Virus record (IMG/VR): IMGVR_UViG_3300048854_000074
Coordinates: 6,118 to 70,117 of that record
Direction: 5' to 3' (one strand)
Source: a virus
Lineage: Duplodnaviria; Caudoviricetes
DNA length: 64,000 nt
Positions 37,819 through 46,310 of this stretch are shown here, in pieces; the first letter of the stretch is position 1; each line of letters begins with the position of its first letter. The position numbers were made by a program, and so were the translations under genes. The notes under the pieces were generated by a model. The model was not told where the DNA came from. It saw nothing but the letters and a program-made list of their open reading frames with translations, and made no database searches.

Positions 37819-38291
37819 GCTGCCTCCCGATGCTTCCAGTACTCCCGCTCGACTATCTTAGTAGCGGCGTCTACTTCGCCGATCGTCGCCATGCGGAGTT
37901 GTTGGCCCCACAGTGCGATCGCTTCCTCAACCGCCGATTGGTCGGCGTGCGACGCAAAGGCCAACTTGCCGGTTGCTTCATAGCCGGGGATCATGCGACG
38001 CATTGCTTCATGTGCCGCATTGAATGTGTCGAGCGCTTCAGCGCCGAGACCGCCTTTTGCAAAGAGCCACGCCTGATTCAGACAGTTAGCAAGCGTGTCC
38101 CATTGACTTTTCTGGCCGTAACCGCGCGTCACTGCGTCAAGAGACGTCAGCGCAGCCATTTCGAACTCGCCTGCAAACGCCTCATTGACGTCCTGGCGTA
38201 GCACCTTGAATCGCTCGAGCGCGATCATGCAGGCGTTAGGATTGATGCGCTTGGGCCGATATGCCTTGCGCGGTTTGCGATTGGCTGCCAT
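37815..38291 (-). CDS. Hypothetical protein
   Basis: MAANRKPRKAYRPK start. Confidence 0.65.
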   Translation of the reverse strand: MAANRKPRKAYRPKRINPNACMIALERFKVLRQDVNEAFAGEFEMAALTSLDAVTRGYGQKSQWDTLANCLNQAWLFAKGGLGAEALDTFNAAHEAMRRMIPGYEATGKLAFASHADQSAVEEAIALWGQQLRMATIGEVDAATKIVEREYWKHREAA

Positions 38292-38593
38292 TACGCTGCC
38301 TCCAGCATTGGTTGTTTGACAAGTCGCTGACGTGCAACTTCCTGCATGCTGCGCAGCGTCTCCATTGCGCGAAAGATCGGTGGAGTAGCTTTCGCCGATA
38401 GCGCCCACATTGCATTTGCGAAAACGTCGGACTCAAACACCTTGACTACTTCACCGCGGGCCTCCATGCGACGAAGCGCCTGAACGGTGGTATCGATGCT
38501 TGATCCTAGGAATTCAGCCAACTGCCACACGGGCGCGCCGTGGGGGCGGTCAGTAAGGAACTCAGTTGCGCGCGGCTGGATTTGGCGTGACAT
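38291..38593 (-). CDS. HTH-like hypothetical protein
   Basis: ORF track. Confidence 0.55.
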   Translation of the reverse strand: MSRQIQPRATEFLTDRPHGAPVWQLAEFLGSSIDTTVQALRRMEARGEVVKVFESDVFANAMWALSAKATPPIFRAMETLRSMQEVARQRLVKQPMLEAA

Positions 38594-38648
38594 CAGATTC
38601 CCCCATTCAGCGCAGCAAGCGCTTGTTTGACTGTTTTGACGACATGAT

Positions 38649-38807
38649 TCATTTCTTCTTCGCCTCCCACGCCTTAACCAGTCCTTCCTTCAATTGCCGC
38701 GCTTCGTCGGCGCTATGAACTTCGAGGTTCGCCAGATAGGCCCTGCGATCTTCCAGCGGCCACTCAGCGATCTCTTCGATTACGCTTTGGAGCTGGTCGG
38801 GGGTCAT
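38649..38807 (-). CDS. Small hypothetical protein
   Basis: MTPDQLQSVIEEIAEWP; ATGA-coupled. Confidence 0.5.
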   Translation of the reverse strand: MTPDQLQSVIEEIAEWPLEDRRAYLANLEVHSADEARQLKEGLVKAWEAKKK

Positions 38808-39463
38808 GTTGCAAATGCTCCCTTGCCAACCATGTCTTTCATCTTGGCGATCTGCTCTTTGACGTTCGCCCGCTTCTCAGGGGCAACGCTTTCTAGGAGG
38901 GGCTTGGAATCTCCAGTCAAAAGGAATTCGACCAAAACATTATTTTTCGGCGCAGGCAAAAGGTTCTTAGCGTGGTCTGCCGTGATGCGCCCCAGTTCGA
39001 CCGCGCGATTAACGACTTCGGTGCGGCCATCCACGTCGTGACCCAAGGAAATTTCCCAACGCACAGGCGCATGGCTATCGCGGGCTGCGGCAAGTGCTTT
39101 GACGTACGATTCCTTGAATGCCATGCGTGCCGGAATGTCTTCGCCAGCCTCTAGCAGCGGCCTCGCAACACTCCAAGCCTGACGCATTTCATCGGTCCAA
39201 GCGACAGTCGTAGCCTCGTCGCGTGGCAACATCGCCCAAGCCTCTTCGGGACCGGGGCGTCCATCATCAATGCGCGACACCACGTCCGATACCGTCAGGA
39301 CACCTCGGACTTCCCGGCGGCAGCGGGTGAGGGCGCTCAACACTGCTCGATCGGGGAAACCAGCAAGATCCGCAACGAACATCGATGCCGCAGCGGGAGA
39401 AAACGTTCGGCCGCAAAGTTCTGCAGTGACCGCGACAGCTTCCAAAACTTGACTGCTAGGCAT
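38804..39463 (-). CDS. Replication-associated protein (helicase loader/P-position gene)
   Basis: Directly downstream of the initiator; DGRPGPEEAWAM. Confidence 0.65.
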   Translation of the reverse strand: MPSSQVLEAVAVTAELCGRTFSPAAASMFVADLAGFPDRAVLSALTRCRREVRGVLTVSDVVSRIDDGRPGPEEAWAMLPRDEATTVAWTDEMRQAWSVARPLLEAGEDIPARMAFKESYVKALAAARDSHAPVRWEISLGHDVDGRTEVVNRAVELGRITADHAKNLLPAPKNNVLVEFLLTGDSKPLLESVAPEKRANVKEQIAKMKDMVGKGAFAT

Positions 39464-40364
39464 TGCTCGACTCCTTTGCTTCACGTTTTTTGGCCGCTTC
39501 GATAAGCGGGGCGAATGCGTTGAAATTCGTTTGCGTCTTGTCGGCCTGCTGCGCTTCAGCCGCCGTTACCTGTCTTCTGCGTACCCACTCCGTCCGAAGC
39601 TTCTCGGCATCCTTCGTCATCGCCGCGACCGAGTGGCAAACCTGCACGTAGTACCGGTTGTTGTGCGACACGTACCACGCAGCTACCGCGGGCGCCTCGT
39701 CTGCACCAAGCCGTTTTACAAAGTTCGCCATCTGCCCATTGACCGTTGCGTTGCGGACTGGCTGCGTGCCGTACCGTGCTTCGTATGCCGTTGCGTATGC
39801 GCTCCAAGTCTCGCTCGTTGGTACGGCCGGCTTCACAGCCTGTGACTTTTTCGGGGCGGCCTCCGACGCAGTCGGTGGCAAACGGGTTTCTGCAGGGATC
39901 AGCGAATCAGTCAATCCGGGATCAGTCAATCGGTCAATCAGAGAATCAGAGATACAAGGGCCAAGTGCTTCTTCAATCGGTTCGCAGTCCTTACTCGCTT
40001 GGTCAAAAGAACTTTGCACCTTGGTCGAAAGTTCTTCACTCCATGCGGGCAAGTCACTAGCAACTTCGTTCGAGTGCGGCTTCTGATGTTTGGAGAAGTT
40101 GGTGATCTGGATGTACTTACCACCATCAACTTCGTACCTTGCAATGAAGTCGCCTGCTTGCAATTCGTTTAACAGAACATCAACATCAACACCGTCGTCG
40201 TAGGCGAGTGCTTTCGCCTTGATTTTTTTCGGCCGGTCCTCGAGACGACCTTCGCGGTCGGCCAACATCCATAGGTAGATAAACAGGAGCCGAGTGATCG
40301 GAGCGAGTTCGGCTAGATCCTCGTTCTCCATCACGCCTGGTTTAATGTTCCGCGCTCTAGCCAC
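39456..40364 (-). CDS. Replication initiator (O-like)
   Basis: MARARNIKPG...LADREGRLEDRPKKIK. Confidence 0.85.
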   Translation of the reverse strand: MARARNIKPGVMENEDLAELAPITRLLFIYLWMLADREGRLEDRPKKIKAKALAYDDGVDVDVLLNELQAGDFIARYEVDGGKYIQITNFSKHQKPHSNEVASDLPAWSEELSTKVQSSFDQASKDCEPIEEALGPCISDSLIDRLTDPGLTDSLIPAETRLPPTASEAAPKKSQAVKPAVPTSETWSAYATAYEARYGTQPVRNATVNGQMANFVKRLGADEAPAVAAWYVSHNNRYYVQVCHSVAAMTKDAEKLRTEWVRRRQVTAAEAQQADKTQTNFNAFAPLIEAAKKREAKESSNA

Positions 40365-40552
40365 TTATTGCTCCGTCAAAACTTCGAATCCGGCCATCGT
40401 CACTTCATAATCAGTTCGGCGACGCTGCAGGCGACTATCGCGGCCAGCAGAACGATGCCACCAACAACAATCAACGTTTTCATACGGCCCTCGTAAGGCG
40501 TTAGTACAACTACTTAGGTGGGTGGCGCCGGTCAAATCGGCCGGCGCTTGCT

Positions 40553-40744
40553 TCAGTGTTTCGTGTCCTGCTGCGACCCTGTGAGCTTCGATGCACCTAC
40601 TAGCGCAAACGCAGCAAACAACTTAGGATCCGCCTCCATCATTCGCTCCAGCTCCTGCTGGAGAATTTTCTGTTCAACCCCCACCCGCTTCCGGGCGTCC
40701 TCTATTGCCGTTTGGCAAACCTGGAGCGCCTCGTCTCTCGTCAT
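40553..40744 (-). CDS. Hypothetical protein
   Basis: ORF track. Confidence 0.55.
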   Translation of the reverse strand: MTRDEALQVCQTAIEDARKRVGVEQKILQQELERMMEADPKLFAAFALVGASKLTGSQQDTKH

Positions 40745-40745
40745 T

Positions 40746-41153
40746 TCATAAGCCTCCCCTCTGTGAATTGATTACCTCTTCCATCAACGTGAGCATCGCG
40801 TCTCGCGCAAGCCACTGGCTGATGCCGTAGTTACCGACTTGCTCCTGGACTGCCACCAGATGTTTCGCTGGCAGATCCCGGCGCTTCTTGCCCTTGTCGG
40901 TGTACTCCTCTTTGGCGAAATACTCGGATGCATGCGACGCGTAAAAGTCGCCAGAGATTTCCGCCGCCATGAGACTGAATGTCAGGTTCTTCCGCGTCCT
41001 GTATTCCCACGCAAGGTGGCAAGCATCGCGGAAGGTCTTGCACTCAGCTATCAGTGCCTTCGGCAAAAACACCAGAGCTTGGGGCGTCAAACCAACGGAG
41101 CCGGTCTGTGCGCCATGCTGGCTGGCACTGGAGAGGCTTTCGTGGTGTTGCAT
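40746..41153 (-). CDS. CII-position regulator
   Basis: RBS AGGAG; second gene after cro. Confidence 0.6.
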   Translation of the reverse strand: MQHHESLSSASQHGAQTGSVGLTPQALVFLPKALIAECKTFRDACHLAWEYRTRKNLTFSLMAAEISGDFYASHASEYFAKEEYTDKGKKRRDLPAKHLVAVQEQVGNYGISQWLARDAMLTLMEEVINSQRGGL

Positions 41154-41271
41154 TGATCGACTCCTATAGTGAAATTTCATCGGAATACCGGTTGAAATAC
41201 CCGAGGAAACCGGAGGAAATTTAAGGCGCCGAATGAGGCGCCTTAACCTAAAAACTATGAAACCGAACTAC

Positions 41272-41613
41272 CTACTTCTGCGTATCACCTTCATCAACGC
41301 TACCGCCAGTCGGGTTTTGAACATCGTCCGAAGCAGCGGCTCGGTCTACGGCGTCCTTCGTCTTGATTTCCCGATCCTTGTTGGCCTCGTAGAAAAAAGC
41401 GATCAGCTCTGCCTTGGTAAAATTCGCACCGAATTGGAGGCACGCAGAGAACAAGCGCTCCATCCGCGTGGGGCCGGGGATCTTTCTCGCATAGACCCAA
41501 TGCGCCTCAATGTTCCCGGTGGTGGTCTTCGCAGCAACGGCGAATCGCTTCTTCGACTCGGCATCGAGTGAGCGGTAGAAGCTCTTGAAATCGGCAGGTT
41601 CGTTAGTGTCCAT
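41272..41613 (-). CDS. cro: Cro-like repressor, probably leaderless
   Basis: Divergent from cI; ATG 41613 lies 7 nt after the -10 box. Confidence 0.75.
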   Translation of the reverse strand: MDTNEPADFKSFYRSLDAESKKRFAVAAKTTTGNIEAHWVYARKIPGPTRMERLFSACLQFGANFTKAELIAFFYEANKDREIKTKDAVDRAAASDDVQNPTGGSVDEGDTQK

Positions 41614-41620
41614 GAAGGAC

Positions 41621-41689
41621 ATTATCTATTACCCGCACGGTAGATACAAGAAGTATTTCTACCTTGTCGGACAATTTACCCAAAGGGTA
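41621..41689. promoter_or_regulatory. OR: pR and three 13-bp operators
   Basis: pR TTGTAT-17-GATAAT on -; operators 41630-41642, 41660-41672, 41677-41689 (TACC-N5-GGTA/GGAC). Confidence 0.85.
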
Positions 41690-41709
41690 AGAAGTGGCCT
41701 AATGTTGCT

Positions 41710-42477
41710 ATGAAATCAATCGATGACGTCCGCAGGGGAAATCTGAAAAAAGCCATTGACGATCTGTTTGGCGGGAGCCAAACGGCCGCTGCTGTTCGGA
41801 TGGGAAGGGACAAGCCCACCCAAATCAATCATTGGCTCGGTGGCGTCAAAAATATGAGCAAGGACAGCGCGCGCCTCATAGAAGAAAAGTTTGGGCTCCC
41901 CGCATTCTGGATGGACGCAGAGCACAACTTTGATAACCCCGATGCCTCAATCAGTGCACCAAATATTGGCGTGATTGTGAAATCGAATGCGGCTGACATA
42001 AGTAATCTGGATGCAGGAGACCTACCAAATCCAACATCCGAAGAGTTTGCTTTCGTGCCCCAATTAGATATCGCTGCGGCCTGCGGCAATGGCCGGTTTG
42101 AGGATCATGTCGTGGTTAAAGGCGGCCTCGCGTTCAAGAAGTCTTTTTTGCGCGAGAAAGGCGTCCCCGAACATGCCGCCCGGGTCATCTATGCGTCCGG
42201 TGGCAGCATGTCTCCGACGTTGCAGGACGGCTGCGTGGTTCTTCTAAACCTCGCAGACACCGAGCCTCGCGACGGGAAGGTCTATGCTATTTGCAAGCCA
42301 GACGACGGACTCGTCCTCAAGAGGCTGATTTGGGACTTTCACCCCTCGATGGGGCGTCAGACGTGGATTCTGCGCAGCGACAACCCCGATAAGATCGGGC
42401 ACCCGGATAAGGTCTTGCCTCCAGATGACCGGACGATGATCGCTGGCCGAGCCGTCTGGAACGACAACCAACTGTAG
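41710..42477 (+). CDS. cI: CI-like repressor (HTH plus S24 peptidase)
   Basis: HTH; ACG cleavage site; GGSMSPTL Ser and LVLKRL Lys. Confidence 0.93.
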   Translation: MKSIDDVRRGNLKKAIDDLFGGSQTAAAVRMGRDKPTQINHWLGGVKNMSKDSARLIEEKFGLPAFWMDAEHNFDNPDASISAPNIGVIVKSNAADISNLDAGDLPNPTSEEFAFVPQLDIAAACGNGRFEDHVVVKGGLAFKKSFLREKGVPEHAARVIYASGGSMSPTLQDGCVVLLNLADTEPRDGKVYAICKPDDGLVLKRLIWDFHPSMGRQTWILRSDNPDKIGHPDKVLPPDDRTMIAGRAVWNDNQL

Positions 42478-42516
42478 GTCCGCCAAAAAACCACAAATAC
42501 CGGTTAGGTGCATCTC

Positions 42517-43038
42517 ATGCGCAAATGGATCTTTGCGGTCGCATTGGTGGTTGCGTCGTCTGGCGCGCCCGCCATGTGCCTGTACAGCGACGATGTTTCC
42601 TTGATCCTCGATGCACATGCGCGGGGCGAATCGCTTGTCAGCATTCAGAGAGGATTCTTCCCGGGTGCCGACGCGGAGAAGCTAGCGACTGTCGAGCAAA
42701 TATATAAGTCGGGCGTGAAGCCTTGGGATGCCGACGAGCTTTCGATGAAACTGTGCCGTCCTGAAATTTCAGCGTCCAACGCCAACAATGAGGCTCCCAT
42801 TGTCCAAAATTCAAAATGTCCGTATGGCGCGCATGTTTTTGGAGGCGGCGCATATGAGTGCGTCAAATCGCCCGACCAGGTAGCCGCAGATCGGTCAGCT
42901 TTAGAGAAGCGCAAGGAAGCCGACTACAAGGATTCCTTCAACAGAGTTCAAAATATTCCAGGCATCTGTGTCGGCAGCGACTGCAAGAACATCCGAAAAA
43001 TCCAGCACTGGGATGCCAACGGTAACATGCTGAATTGA
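42517..43038 (+). CDS. Secreted Cys-containing protein downstream of cI
   Basis: MRKWIFAVALVVASSGAPA signal; six Cys. Confidence 0.65.
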   Translation: MRKWIFAVALVVASSGAPAMCLYSDDVSLILDAHARGESLVSIQRGFFPGADAEKLATVEQIYKSGVKPWDADELSMKLCRPEISASNANNEAPIVQNSKCPYGAHVFGGGAYECVKSPDQVAADRSALEKRKEADYKDSFNRVQNIPGICVGSDCKNIRKIQHWDANGNMLN

Positions 43039-43224
43039 TCGCCGGCCGCACCCTCTGGACAGATAGCTTGTCTTAGTCCATAGGTGGACTTAAGGTGATT
43101 TCTGCGTTGCAGATAGTTTTGAGCCGAATTTCCTACCGGAACCGGGGTTTGCTGGATGGGATTTGGGAAGATAACGGTAACCGGGAGCGTACGCTGGGCA
43201 AGATCAACAAGGAGCCGTATACAG

Positions 43225-43983
43225 GTGCAGATGCTATTCGTTGATGAGTCAGGTACACCGCCACCTCTGGATCGAGTTCGCGATACGCCATTTTTCGTGC
43301 TTGGTGGCGTCTCTATCCCGGAAGAGGTCTGGGGCAAGCTGGCAGCGGACCTTGTGCGGATCAAAAAGAATTTCAACGTCGAGTGCGAGATCAAATGGCG
43401 GTACTTCGCGCCGGTGCGAGATCGGGCTAAGCCGCACGGGCTCTCACATTTGTCACCCACCGATAAAGAAAGCCTTCGCACCCAGTTGTATCAAGCATTG
43501 ATCAGCTATCGGGCTATTCGGCTCATATGCGTTGTGACGAACGTCGAGTTGGCATACAAGCTTGACTACATAAACAATCCCGATGACCTCTACTGGTATT
43601 CGTACAAGCAGCTAACTGAACGCTTCCAGTACTACCTGCAAGATTTGGAGCGGACCGTGGGCACTAAAACTCACGGAATAATCGTCTGCGATCACAGGGG
43701 CCCGAAAGACGACGAAAGGCTCCGTGAGCTACACCATAAACTGATGAACGCGCCAAAGTCGGTGACGTCGACTTACCTAAACTTGATCGAAGGCCTGTTT
43801 ATTGCCCCGTCTCATCTTAGTGTAGGAATCCAATTTGCCGACTTGGTGGCCGGAGCCGTTTTCCGAGTGAAAAAGGCCAAAGACTTACGATTCTACAAGC
43901 AGATTGAGCAGAGCTTCCGGCGCTCGCCGGACGGACGTATCGAGGGATATGGGGTCGTCAAATTCCCGAAGGGAACTTGGTAA
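43225..43983 (+). CDS. DUF3800-family protein (RNase H-like fold)
   Basis: LFVDESG start, FVLGG, IVCD, SVGIQFADLVAG end; RBS AAGGAG. Confidence 0.88.
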   Translation: MQMLFVDESGTPPPLDRVRDTPFFVLGGVSIPEEVWGKLAADLVRIKKNFNVECEIKWRYFAPVRDRAKPHGLSHLSPTDKESLRTQLYQALISYRAIRLICVVTNVELAYKLDYINNPDDLYWYSYKQLTERFQYYLQDLERTVGTKTHGIIVCDHRGPKDDERLRELHHKLMNAPKSVTSTYLNLIEGLFIAPSHLSVGIQFADLVAGAVFRVKKAKDLRFYKQIEQSFRRSPDGRIEGYGVVKFPKGTW

Positions 43984-43990
43984 GGAAGGA

Positions 43991-44077
43991 GGCGCCGTGT
44001 CGATGGTGACCCATCAATCCTGCTAGTATCGGCGCAGTCACGGCGTACCGCTAGGATAGCCTAATAAGCTTTTATTA
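43991..44077 (+). ncRNA. Putative DUF3800-associated structured RNA
   Basis: GCGCCG/CGGCGC stem enclosing the GATGG-TGAC-CCATC hairpin whose loop matches downstream GTCA. Confidence 0.55.
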
Positions 44078-44213
44078 TCAATGTAATACTGGCCGGTGCT
44101 CTAGAAAGAGCGAAGGCCCCCGATAGCAACACCGGAAGCCCTCGCCGGCCGAGAATCCCCAGCCCTTGATCGCATTCTAGGTTCCTGCGAATTGTTAGGC
44201 AAGGTTTGAGGCC

Positions 44214-44232
44214 GCCCAGTGCCGGGCTTTTT
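44214..44232 (+). terminator. Intrinsic terminator ending the cI-side transcript
   Basis: GCCC-AGTGCC-GGGC-TTTTT. Confidence 0.6.
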
Positions 44233-44432
44233 CATATCGGCCTCTGCGCAAACCCCTCCCGCCACAGCGTGGCACCGACCGACGTCAATAGCGCCAGGTC
44301 GTCTCCCTCGAATCGATCCCAGTTATCCGACAGCCAGCCCGCGAAGCCCGCTACAGCCTCGTCTATCGGTATGTCTGCACGTCCCTCGACGTTCAGGCGA
44401 TCGAAGATGGTGATTACGTCGAAAGCGTTCAT
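44232..44432 (-). CDS. Small acidic hypothetical protein
   Basis: Strong RBS GGAGGAG; 66 aa. Confidence 0.7.
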   Translation of the reverse strand: MNAFDVITIFDRLNVEGRADIPIDEAVAGFAGWLSDNWDRFEGDDLALLTSVGATLWREGFAQRPI

Positions 44433-44500
44433 TTTCTCCTCCCTTGACTAAGCCTAGGGCAAGTAACTGAGATTGCGTCAATACGTGTTCCTATCATTAC

Positions 44501-44575
44501 TATCCGCGCGGTAGAAAAATCCAATCGCTTCTATTACCCTGTGGGACTTGCAAATATCTACCCGGAGGGTAATAT
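44501..44575 (+). promoter_or_regulatory. OL: pL and three 13-bp operators
   Basis: TTGCAA-16-TAATAT; operators 44501-44513, 44535-44547, 44559-44571. Confidence 0.85.
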
Positions 44576-44637
44576 TCAACTCAAGCAAGCAGCAACCACC
44601 CGCGCCACCCACCCGCAACAGACGAAGGGGATTGAGC

Positions 44638-44922
44638 ATGCAGCTCACCAATGAAGAAATCACGGCAATTTGGGATGGAATGCCGGATGGCCAAGAAGGT
44701 TTTCGAATCACATGGGGGTATCAGCAATTTGCTCGAGCAGTCATAAAGGCGCACGACGACAAGTTGGCAACTCTGCTTGAAGAGGTTCTCGCTGAGTTTT
44801 CCGCTATGACCGACGCAACCGAGCGGTGGAATGCAGCAGTCGAGACGATTGTCGGTCGTCACCCAGAGTCTGGAATTGACGTGGCGCGTGCCCGGGCGGT
44901 AATCGCCAAGGCGACCGCCTAA
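44638..44922 (+). CDS. First PL gene, hypothetical
   Basis: MQLTNEEITAIW; RBS GAAGGGG. Confidence 0.65.
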   Translation: MQLTNEEITAIWDGMPDGQEGFRITWGYQQFARAVIKAHDDKLATLLEEVLAEFSAMTDATERWNAAVETIVGRHPESGIDVARARAVIAKATA

Positions 44923-44966
44923 ATCTCAAATCCGCCGCAGCTTATCGCGGCAACAGGGGAAGGAAG

Positions 44967-45140
44967 ATGAGCGAATGGATAGTCCATATCTACGCCGGCC
45001 AGTACCACACTAACCCGACGTGGCGTTTTGCAGTTAATGCAGAAAGCAAGGCAATGGCGATCACTGCTGGACTCTGGTTGTTCCGTCAGTCGGCGGAGTA
45101 CACAGAAGAGTTCGACCGAGTGGACGCTGACAAGATTTAA
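44967..45140 (+). CDS. Small hypothetical protein (57 aa)
   Basis: RBS AAGGAAG; MSEWIVHIYAG. Confidence 0.6.
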   Translation: MSEWIVHIYAGQYHTNPTWRFAVNAESKAMAITAGLWLFRQSAEYTEEFDRVDADKI

Positions 45141-46310
45141 CTGTTCGTAGCGAGAAGCGCCAGATCGCTTCTCAGTGCGAATAGCACCGCAGTAACCGCC
45201 CCGACATTGCGATCGGGAACTGGCGGGATGAACTTTAACAACGTGGATTTGAGTGTTTTCAGTGCTGGCGGTTTGCGGCGTGGAGAGTAGACACGCGACG
45301 CGGGCAGGGAGCAGGCCTGCAACCCTAGCGCAATGAACCGGCGCCTTTTGATTAACAACCCGGGTATTCGGCGCCGCGCAAAGAAGTAGGGGTTACAAGA
45401 GCTAAAACTGGTAGCCGGAGTCACGACCGGCCAAGCCGCCAGCCCTGATGACATTCAAACCACATCATAAGAGATACCCGTAAGGGAGCGCTCAACGTCC
45501 TACCGCTGAAAAGATCGGGACCTATCTCTCAAGTGCCTGGTGCCCAGATGGCGCTAAAGAACACTTGAGGGATTGATAACCGCCGCACCTGAGCCGAAGC
45601 CAGCATAGCTGGGAGTAGTCGGAGTGGTGCGGCATGCAGTTTTCTAGCTTGGCGATTGTGTCCGTTGGTGGTACCGGTCGCTCCGGGAAGTGGTTCGACT
45701 CCACAAGTGCAGGGCTATGCAAAGAGGTTCGACTCCTCAGCACAGTCGCCACGCTAGAACATTGCAGCACTGAGGCGAACGCATTGCGCTCCCTGCCAAA
45801 GTAGTCCGGCGTAAGGCCGGTCGGCCCGGGCCACAACCCGGGGACGCCGTTCGAAAGGGCGCCGTTTAAAGGGACCGGAAACACCAGTAGGAAACTCCCT
45901 GGCAAAGCGTAGTGCGTTCTCTTGAGTGCTGAACGGCTCCAAACAGCAAGACAATCCCGGAGGTTGCCATGAAGAAGTGACCGATTCACTAACCCAAGGT
46001 TGACTACTCGCCCGTGAAAGCGAAACGACATTCGCATGGGATCAGACTTGCCCGATGGTTAGCGGAGTGCCCACCCGCTGATAACCAGATGACGGCGCCA
46101 AAGACACATGAGGTCGCAGCACACTGCCGGGCCTGACGATCCGGGTGAAGCCTACCAAAGCAGGCCGAGTGGTCCACGTCACGGACCGTTTTGATGGAAT
46201 CGGAATGCGCAGGCTGATGCGCGCTGAAGTGCACAGGTGGTGCGGGCGGCGATGTAGTCGTAACCGTTCCAAGCCGGAGATCAGCGCCGGCCCCTTCCCC
46301 TAAACACGTT
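45141..46310 (+). ncRNA. Large multi-domain structured RNA region in the PL transcript
   Basis: At least eight adjacent helix-closed domains, GNRA-type loops, two GGTTCGACTCC T-arms, kissing loop; no credible + strand ORF. Confidence 0.7.

Noticed and set aside
45660-45745. Bona fide tRNA genes at the two GGTTCGACTCC motifs
   Set aside because: No 7-nt anticodon loop on a 5-bp stem and no standard acceptor stem/CCA; kept only as tRNA-like elements
46128-46175. CTGACGA...GAAG second hammerhead candidate
   Set aside because: No proper stem II, GAAG instead of GAAA, no stem I complement
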